Origin: a virus
Lineage: Duplodnaviria > Heunggongvirae > Uroviricota > Caudoviricetes
Reading direction: 5' to 3' (one strand)
Virus record (IMG/VR): IMGVR_UViG_3300031993_006620
DNA length: 25,276 nucleotides
The stretch's first letter is position 1. The number at the start of each line of letters is the position of its first letter. A model generated the notes under the pieces. The model was not told where the DNA came from and did no database searches. It saw only the letters and a list, made by a program, of their open reading frames with translations. Of this stretch, positions 15,161 through 21,231 are shown one piece after another. Both the position numbers and the translations under genes were made by a program.

Positions 15161-15272
15161 AACCGCCCTAGGCGGTTACAGAACGAAAAAAACGCCATAG
15201 GGCGCACGAACGGAAAAAACCGCCCTAGGCGGTTACAGAACAAAAAACGCCATAGGGCGCACGAACGGAAAA
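15161..15272. repeat. Two tandem ~56-bp direct repeats built from hairpins and A-tracts
   Basis: Units 15161-15217 and 15218-15272: AACCGCC-CTA-GGCGGTT ACAGAAC(G)AAAAAA(A) CGCC-ATAG-GGCG CACGAACGGAAAA. Confidence 0.9.
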
Positions 15273-15301
15273 AGCCCCAAAACAAAAGTTTTGGAGCAAA
15301 T

Positions 15302-15324
15302 AAAAAAGGGGGCTTGCGCCCCCT
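15302..15324 (-). terminator. Intrinsic terminator
   Basis: AGGGGGC-GCAA-GCCCCCT-TTTTT. Confidence 0.75.
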
Positions 15325-15341
15325 GCCGTTGGTAGGTTTCC

Positions 15342-16208
15342 CTACTTCCCGACCCGTTCTTCAAATTCGGCCTTTTTCTGCAACAGCCACGCCATATCAA
15401 CGGGGCGGTTCAACAAAATTTGGTCGGTGATGTTGTGTTCCTTGATGTACACACGGCAATTCGAGAGGTTGATGCGCTGGAACGGGGGGAGAGGAATTTC
15501 TTTCGGTACGAGATTGCCGTCGGCATCCTTCTCAAAAATAATATCCCCGTTGTCGTCACGTGCAGGGAGCATCACCTTCTTTTTCTTGGGCACGGGCTTG
15601 CCGTCCTTGCCAAGAATCTGATTCCCTTCAGCATCCGTCTCAAAAATCATTTTTCCGTCGCTGGTGAACACGGGAACCATCACGCCCACGGCCGACTTCT
15701 TGACTTCTTCACCGCTCCAACGCTTGAAATCGTCGGACGGAGCCCACTGGGCGAAGGCGTACTTGTCGATTTCCGTGCCGTTTGCAAGAAAATATTTCGG
15801 GTCGGACGTGTCGCTCCGGCGGTACACGGCGATAGCGTAGTCCGTCAGGTCGTTCTTGCAGTACAGGAAATCCTTGAAGATGGGGAAGTAACCCGTGTTG
15901 CGCTGGTCGGGCTCGTAGCTTTCCACAATGCCCTTGTTTCCGGCACGGCCGATGGCGTTCATCACGCACCGCTTGTAGTCCATAGAACCGCCAAGCTGGA
16001 TGGCGTAGGTGTTGCTCTTGTAGACGTCGCCAAGGGTGCAGGGGTCGCCAACGGGGGCAACGTAGAGCCCGTGTTCGGCAATCTTGCCAGCAAGGACAGC
16101 GTTCGCAAGCCTCGCCTTTTGGACAAGTTTGACCTTTCCGCAGTATTCAAGACGGGCGAACGAAGAATAGAACTTCTCCAAGAACGCCGTGTTAATGGCT
16201 TTCAACAT
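15342..16208 (-). CDS. Hypothetical phage protein, 288 aa
   Basis: AAAGGAGTTAAGCT-ATG behind copy 24; C-terminal charged segment with repeated D-x-x-G-N/K turns. Confidence 0.85.
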   Translation of the reverse strand: MLKAINTAFLEKFYSSFARLEYCGKVKLVQKARLANAVLAGKIAEHGLYVAPVGDPCTLGDVYKSNTYAIQLGGSMDYKRCVMNAIGRAGNKGIVESYEPDQRNTGYFPIFKDFLYCKNDLTDYAIAVYRRSDTSDPKYFLANGTEIDKYAFAQWAPSDDFKRWSGEEVKKSAVGVMVPVFTSDGKMIFETDAEGNQILGKDGKPVPKKKKVMLPARDDNGDIIFEKDADGNLVPKEIPLPPFQRINLSNCRVYIKEHNITDQILLNRPVDMAWLLQKKAEFEERVGK

Positions 16209-16273
16209 AGCTTAACTCCTTTGAGAGGGGTGGAACCTTACCGCCACCCGTTCGGTGCTCGGCCTTTCGCCTT

Positions 16274-16307
16274 ACACACATCCGATGGGGGCGCTGAGGA
16301 GCCCCGG
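16274..16307 (-). promoter_or_regulatory. Element copy 24 (class II)
   Basis: CCGGGGCTCC-TCAGCGCCCC-CAT-CGGAT-GTGTGT then AAGGCGAA; upstream box at 16316-16323. Confidence 0.8.
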
Positions 16308-16340
16308 CAACGGGCCGGCAGTGGCACAGGCCGGAAGGGC

Positions 16341-16370
16341 AAAAATATACGGCGGGAAACCGCCGTATAT
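16341..16370 (-). terminator. Intrinsic terminator
   Basis: Perfect 11-bp stem ATATACGGCGG-TTTC-CCGCCGTATAT followed by TTTT. Confidence 0.75.
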
Positions 16371-16393
16371 GCCCAAATGTCCATTACAAGCGC

Positions 16394-16549
16394 CTAACCT
16401 TTACGCGACGTGCGGATGGCGGAAATCTTCACCGCCATTTGGGGCTTTATGCCGCTGCGCAGGCACCTGAAGTACCTGTCTGCATCCAGCTCCTTGGCTC
16501 CGTTCGCCACGAGGTCGTCGAAGAACTTGTCAATGTCACACGTTGCTAT
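16394..16549 (-). CDS. 51-aa protein with an apparent ATA start (not in ORF track)
   Basis: Element, then GGAGTTGACT-ATA, then (M)ATCDIDKFFDDLVANGAKELDADRYFRCLRSGIKPQMAVKISAIRTSRKG*, then terminator. Confidence 0.55.
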   Translation of the reverse strand: MATCDIDKFFDDLVANGAKELDADRYFRCLRSGIKPQMAVKISAIRTSRKG

Positions 16550-16582
16550 AGTCAACTCCGATGCGAGGGGGTTGTGTCCTCA

Positions 16583-16616
16583 CGTCCATCCCGATGCCGA
16601 CCCGGAGGAACCCCGG
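16583..16616 (-). promoter_or_regulatory. Element copy 25 (most upstream, variant 3' part)
   Basis: CCGGGGTTCC-TCCGGGTCGG-CAT-CGGGA-TGGACG then TGAGGA; upstream box CACTACCG at 16625-16632. Confidence 0.75.
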
Positions 16617-16721
16617 ACCCGGATCGGTAGTGGCCGAAACCGCCGTAGGGCACATTCGGGCACCTTTTTCTGGTGGGGGTTTACGCTCGCGGCCGGTGGC
16701 CAGGCGGGCCGGCTCCGGCAA

Positions 16722-16765
16722 GGTCTGGCATGGGTCTGGCATGGGTCTGGCATGGGTCTGGCAGG
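16722..16765. repeat. Four tandem 11-bp repeats, GGTCTGGCA(T/G)G
   Basis: Units start at 16722, 16733, 16744, 16755; degenerate GGCAGGG units continue to ~16860. Confidence 0.9.
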
Positions 16766-17022
16766 GGTGTGCCGGGGGTTGCCGGAACCGGCAGGGCCTG
16801 GCAGGGTCGGACAACGGGGGCAGAGGGAGGCAAGGGAGAGGCAGGGGAAGAGGGGCGGGGAAATTTTTCAAAAATTATTCATGGGTACGAAAAAACAAAA
16901 AAATCAAAAGCCCCGGTGCGGAAAATCGACCGGAGCATACTATATGCTGGGGGGTCTCGGCATATTCATATAGGGGTGCCGTCGGGCCCTACCCACGTAA
17001 AAACGCATGCCCAGTGACCCGT

Positions 17023-17067
17023 TTTCAAAAAAAATTTGGGGGGTACGGGGGGTAGGGGGGTACTGGG
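17023..17067 (+). other. A/T-run followed by four G-tracts (G-quadruplex motif)
   Basis: TTTTCAAAAAAAATTT-GGGGGG-TAC-GGGGGG-TA-GGGGGG-TACT-GGG. Confidence 0.7.
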
Positions 17068-17078
17068 TGACGTGTCCG

Positions 17079-18386
17079 CTACCAGATGCTGTAGTTGACG
17101 GCGTCCTCGAAGTCGAGGAACCCGTGGATCCCGGAGGAGCACGTGTTGTCGGAGTCGTCGAACGGGAGGGACGGCTTCACCGTCTTGTTCGGCCAGTACC
17201 TGAAGGAGGTGTCCCTGAACGAGTGGACCTCGTAGCGTCCGAGGAGGCGACCGAGGGCAGGGAGGGTCAGCTCTTCGTTCTTCAGGTTGTACAGGCCCGT
17301 GACGACGGCCTCGGAGACCCTTATCTTCCTGTAGGAGGTATCGTAGCGTTTCCTGGCCGAGGCGGGGACGGACAGCTTGACGATGACCTCCTCGCTGCGG
17401 GCGCATTTTCGGGAGAATGGGTTTCGGCTAGGGATACGGAGTACGGCCTTCTTGTACAGGACCATGGGCAGGTCGGGGAAGCCGTGCGACCTCGCGGGGG
17501 CGCAGGAGCGCACCGCGTTCTCCACGGACTTGCCGCAGGGCTCGACGAGGGTCGAGTCGGCCGTCCTGAGCATCCGTATCGTGGAATCGGGGGTATAGAG
17601 CTGCCTTATGAGCGACTGCTCTATGTCGAGGACCTGTATATGGGAACGCAGGCAGTAGACGGAGTATACGGAGTCCCGGATGGAAACGACCCTTTTTGCG
17701 GATAGGGCGGAGTCGTAGAAACGGACAGTGGAGAACGCGCCGTCCTTCCCGTTCCAGACGGAGAGACACGGGTGCGCCGACTCGAACCTGGGGTCCGACT
17801 CGTCCACGTCGGAGACCTGTACGTACGAGGCCTGTTCGATGTCGACCGAGTAGGGGAGTCTCGAGACGAAGTTGATGCGGTAGACGGACATCACGAGGAA
17901 ATTGAAGATGTCGCAGTCGTCCACCCTGACGTCGGAGTTGCCCATCCCCTCGACGAGTATCGTGGACTCGGTTTTCGAGCGGGTGAGGTTGAGGTCGGCG
18001 CCTGATTCGACGGTGAAGCAGGTCCTGTGCGGCGCCTCGAACCTGCAGTCGACGAACTCAGCCTTCCTCTCCTCGGCGATCCGCACGAACGTCGTGCATT
18101 TGTTCAGGACGGGGCGGAAGGTGCAGTTCCTGAAGACGACGGGGCGGGACTTGTCGCCGGGTTCGATGCGGATGTCGTTCGACATCAGGGTGAGGTTCTC
18201 GACGATGAAGGCCGGCAGGGTGTACGCCTTGGCCAGGCCTTTCGGGACTTCGCCGGAACGCCAGCTCTCTTCCTGGAAGAGGAAGCTGTCCACGCGGGCG
18301 TGCTTTTTTAGGAACGTGTCGAAGGGGAGGCTGTCGTCCAGGAGGACGGCGCTGTCTTCTTTGGTGTCTGTCTTTTTCTTGGTCAT
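17079..18386 (-). CDS. Beta-solenoid repeat + C-terminal DUF5758 protein, paralogue 4 (435 aa)
   Basis: VVFRNCTF/EFVDCRF coils; LYKK...IVKLSVPASA...KIRVSEAVV...CSSGIHGFLDFEDAVNY. Confidence 0.75.
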   Translation of the reverse strand: MTKKKTDTKEDSAVLLDDSLPFDTFLKKHARVDSFLFQEESWRSGEVPKGLAKAYTLPAFIVENLTLMSNDIRIEPGDKSRPVVFRNCTFRPVLNKCTTFVRIAEERKAEFVDCRFEAPHRTCFTVESGADLNLTRSKTESTILVEGMGNSDVRVDDCDIFNFLVMSVYRINFVSRLPYSVDIEQASYVQVSDVDESDPRFESAHPCLSVWNGKDGAFSTVRFYDSALSAKRVVSIRDSVYSVYCLRSHIQVLDIEQSLIRQLYTPDSTIRMLRTADSTLVEPCGKSVENAVRSCAPARSHGFPDLPMVLYKKAVLRIPSRNPFSRKCARSEEVIVKLSVPASARKRYDTSYRKIRVSEAVVTGLYNLKNEELTLPALGRLLGRYEVHSFRDTSFRYWPNKTVKPSLPFDDSDNTCSSGIHGFLDFEDAVNYSIW

Positions 18387-18389
18387 GGG

Positions 18390-18719
18390 TTACCCTCTGT
18401 ACGGCGTGGGATATTTCCAGTATTGGAGGTCTTCTAGGTACTTCCGGAACTCTTCTGGGGGCAGCGGGTTGTCCTTCATCCGCCGGAACGGCAAGGAGTA
18501 GATTTCCCGCATCTTGTCGAGGATTTTCTGGGAGACGTGGTGGTTCGTCCTGGGGTCGATGTGGCCGTGGCATTCGCCGAAGTTGCAGATGCAGTCCTCG
18601 CAGATGCATTCGGCCTGGTATTCGCAGTCGAACTCGTTCCCGTCGGGGGAATACGTGTGGTAGCCGAGACACGGCAGCGCGAGCAGTTCCAGGGCTTTCT
18701 TCTCTGTGTACGTCTTCAT
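18390..18719 (-). CDS. Cys-rich hypothetical protein, 109 aa
   Basis: CEYQAECICEDCICNFGECHGH cluster; tightly packed between paralogues. Confidence 0.75.
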   Translation of the reverse strand: MKTYTEKKALELLALPCLGYHTYSPDGNEFDCEYQAECICEDCICNFGECHGHIDPRTNHHVSQKILDKMREIYSLPFRRMKDNPLPPEEFRKYLEDLQYWKYPTPYRG

Positions 18720-18725
18720 GTCTCG

Positions 18726-20018
18726 CTATTCGTAGTTTGCCGCTTCCTCGACGGAGAGGAACCCGTGGATACCGGGGGCGCAGACCTCGTCGGCCACGAG
18801 GAACGGTGTCTTCGGGCGGACGGTCTTGCCTATCCTGTACTTGAAGTTGGGGTCGTGGATGCTGGAGAGCGACGAGAGGAACGGCTTCCTGTGGGGGTTG
18901 CCGTCGGAGTCGACCATGGCGACGACCCTCGCCTCGGAGACGCGTATCTTCCCGCAGGTTCCCGTGTTGTAGCTGCTGTAGCACTTGAGGGCGCCGGCGG
19001 GGACCTCGAGCTTGAGCAGGGTGCGTAGCGCCGGCCTCCCGTCGTGGTAGTCGATGCGGACCTTCTTGTACAGGACGGCGGGGGTCTCGGGGAAGCCGAG
19101 GGAATTGATGGACGCCGCGAAGCCCGGCGGGTCGCCTTCCCACAGCTTGCAGATGGAGTTGGTCGCGCTGAGGACGCGTATGGACCCCCTTTCGAGGTTG
19201 AACGACCTGAGGACGCTGTCGACCACGTGGAGGCACCCGAGCTCCGATTCGACGGACGACACGCCGCAGTCCGCCGAGTCGTTTACGCTCACGGTCGACA
19301 CAGACGGGTCGAGAGAGCACCTGTCGAAGGACAGCTGCGGGCGGTACCCGGCTGCATTGTCGAAGCTGACCGACGTTTTCTGATGGCTGTTCGGGCCGAG
19401 ACGGGCGAGCGTCAGTCTGCAGCAGGCGTAGGCTTGGACGCAGTAGGGCGCCGTCCCGTCGTGTATGGTGGCTTCCCTCACGTAGTTGATGTGGAGGTCC
19501 CTGACGCCGTCCGCGTGGTCGAAGGACACTCTGGTGCCGGGAAGCATTTCGACCGGTTCCGTCCCGCGCACTTCCATCGATGCGCTGAAGGGGTAGCGGA
19601 AGGTGATGTTCGAGCGACATCCGGCGTGGACGATAGTATTCGGGCTGAACGAGCAGTCGGCGAACACGGTGGTCGAGCTTACGTAGATCGCGGGCGGGAG
19701 GCCGAGGTCCATCTGGAACACGCAGTTCCTGAACACGACGCGGTGGGGGTATATCTTGGACGCGAACTTGGTGCCGTCCAGGGTAACGTAGATGCGTCCG
19801 GCGAACACCATGTCGCGGATGACGACGATCGGGTTGTGGTCGTCGTCGACATCCACCATGGCGTGTTCGTCGACGACCCTGGCAAAGCCGTCGTCGGTGA
19901 CGCAATGCGTCTCGCAGTAGTCGTATTCCAGGGTCGATCCGCGGAATTGCGGGTCGGTCTTCCGGACCAGTTCGGGGTCCTTCGGCCACTTTTTCTTCGA
20001 AAGGCTAATTTCTTCCAT
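18726..20018 (-). CDS. Beta-solenoid repeat + DUF5758 protein, paralogue 3 (430 aa)
   Basis: VVFRNCVF, VFADCSF; LYKK...LLKLEVPAGA...KIRVSEARV...CAPGIHGFLSVEEAANY. Confidence 0.75.
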   Translation of the reverse strand: MEEISLSKKKWPKDPELVRKTDPQFRGSTLEYDYCETHCVTDDGFARVVDEHAMVDVDDDHNPIVVIRDMVFAGRIYVTLDGTKFASKIYPHRVVFRNCVFQMDLGLPPAIYVSSTTVFADCSFSPNTIVHAGCRSNITFRYPFSASMEVRGTEPVEMLPGTRVSFDHADGVRDLHINYVREATIHDGTAPYCVQAYACCRLTLARLGPNSHQKTSVSFDNAAGYRPQLSFDRCSLDPSVSTVSVNDSADCGVSSVESELGCLHVVDSVLRSFNLERGSIRVLSATNSICKLWEGDPPGFAASINSLGFPETPAVLYKKVRIDYHDGRPALRTLLKLEVPAGALKCYSSYNTGTCGKIRVSEARVVAMVDSDGNPHRKPFLSSLSSIHDPNFKYRIGKTVRPKTPFLVADEVCAPGIHGFLSVEEAANYE

Positions 20019-20026
20019 ATGTCATC

Positions 20027-21229
20027 CTAGTAGTTGAGCGCTTCATTGAGGGAGAGGAACCCGTGGATCCCGGAGGCGCACGTGTTGTCGGAGTTGTCGA
20101 ACGGCTCGTCGGGCCGGACGTCCTTGCACATCCTGTACGTGAAATTCGGGTAGTGCAAGCTGCGGACCGAGTGGAACGGGCCGACCTTCCCTTGGAGGTA
20201 GCGGAAGGCGAATACCTTGGCGCGTTCCACCCTGATCTTGCCGTCGATGGACGCGTGGCGCCCGGCCCCCTCGGGGACGCGGAGTTCCACTATCACTTGG
20301 TGGCGGGTCTTGATGCAGAGCCATGACGGCAGGAACCACGGGCCGAGATACAGGTCGGCCTTCTTGTAGATGAATATTTCCGGCAACGTGTCGTAGCCGC
20401 TGGACTGGGTGGGGAACAGGTTGGCCTTGCCCGGCCCGACGCGGTTCGAGGCGAACGTGCTGCGGAACGTCTTCAGCGTGTTCACGGCGCACTTGAGCTC
20501 GACCCAGATGCGTTTCAGCATGGAGAGGTCCACCTCGAGGTAGTTGACCGTGGAATGGTTCCTGGCGAATATGTTGACGAACGAGTCGCGGACGAGGACG
20601 GGTACGTTGATGGTCGATTCGATGAACGTCAACCCCCTGTCGTCGGCGCCGTTCATATCGTTGATGCGTATTGCGCAGTCGGGCTGGGTCCTGCCATACA
20701 TGCACACGTGGTCGAACACCACCTCGCCGGTCTTCTCGATCAGGACGCCGTCCAGCGGGTCGGAAAGGTTGGCGATGGTCACCTTGCCGAAGCCGGTCGC
20801 CGATATGCCGAGGGAGACCGAGCGGTTGACGCCGTCGATGACGAGCTCCGCCCTTGGGTAGTACGAGGTGAAGCGGATCAGCGATCCCTTCGTACAGCCG
20901 ACCAGGGAGATCTTCTTGTCGTGGACCATCGAGATTACGGTGTCGGCATCGAAGATGCAGTTCTGGAACACGCACTGGTTCGCCATGAGGAGTTCGATGC
21001 AATTGAACTTGCACCTGAGGAACTTGACCTGCGTGCCGGGGATGAAGAAATGGGACTGGTCGTTTCTCACGACGAAGGTGGTGTCGGACACGCAGATGGT
21101 CCTCTCCTCGTCGCCGTGTCCGACCGTTTCAAAGAACTTCGATACATAGTTCGCGAGGCCGGCGCCGCCGTCGACGAAGACATCGCGCTTGTTCTTTATC
21201 TTTATTGTCTTGTTACTTTCGCTTGACAT
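20027..21229 (-). CDS. Beta-solenoid repeat + DUF5758 protein, paralogue 2 (400 aa)
   Basis: KFLRCKF, VFQNCIF; IYKK...IVELRVPEGA...KIRVERAKV...CASGIHGFLSLNEALNY. Confidence 0.75.
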   Translation of the reverse strand: MSSESNKTIKIKNKRDVFVDGGAGLANYVSKFFETVGHGDEERTICVSDTTFVVRNDQSHFFIPGTQVKFLRCKFNCIELLMANQCVFQNCIFDADTVISMVHDKKISLVGCTKGSLIRFTSYYPRAELVIDGVNRSVSLGISATGFGKVTIANLSDPLDGVLIEKTGEVVFDHVCMYGRTQPDCAIRINDMNGADDRGLTFIESTINVPVLVRDSFVNIFARNHSTVNYLEVDLSMLKRIWVELKCAVNTLKTFRSTFASNRVGPGKANLFPTQSSGYDTLPEIFIYKKADLYLGPWFLPSWLCIKTRHQVIVELRVPEGAGRHASIDGKIRVERAKVFAFRYLQGKVGPFHSVRSLHYPNFTYRMCKDVRPDEPFDNSDNTCASGIHGFLSLNEALNY

Positions 21230-21231
21230 GG

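Noticed and set aside
165-16616. Repeats as a CRISPR array
   Set aside because: Intervals are whole genes of 0.15-1.4 kb, the repeat has a variable core, and no cas genes are present.
165-16616. Classical integron
   Set aside because: No tyrosine recombinase in the window. The main element is not a long imperfect palindrome, and the best RYYYAAC/GTTRRRY pair spans ~190 bp, longer than typical attC sites. Kept only as a minor hypothesis.
165-16616. T7/SP6-type promoter (ACTATA similarity)
   Set aside because: The most conserved box lies 20-30 nt upstream of CTATA, outside the -17..+6 footprint of T7-like polymerases, and no G-start follows.
16883-16916. Possible 26th copy (CCGGGGCTTT...)
   Set aside because: No AT at 22-23, no in-register CTATAC, no upstream box and no RBS/gene behind it.
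17108-17141. TCCCGGAGGAGC match to the element inside the DUF5758 3' end
   Set aside because: Lacks CCGGGG and the invariant AT; encodes the conserved CSSGIHG motif; likely coincidence.
17115-20104. Diversity-generating retroelement TR/VR pair
   Set aside because: No reverse transcriptase seen, both copies are in coding 3' ends, and one of the two differences (T/G) is not adenine-specific.
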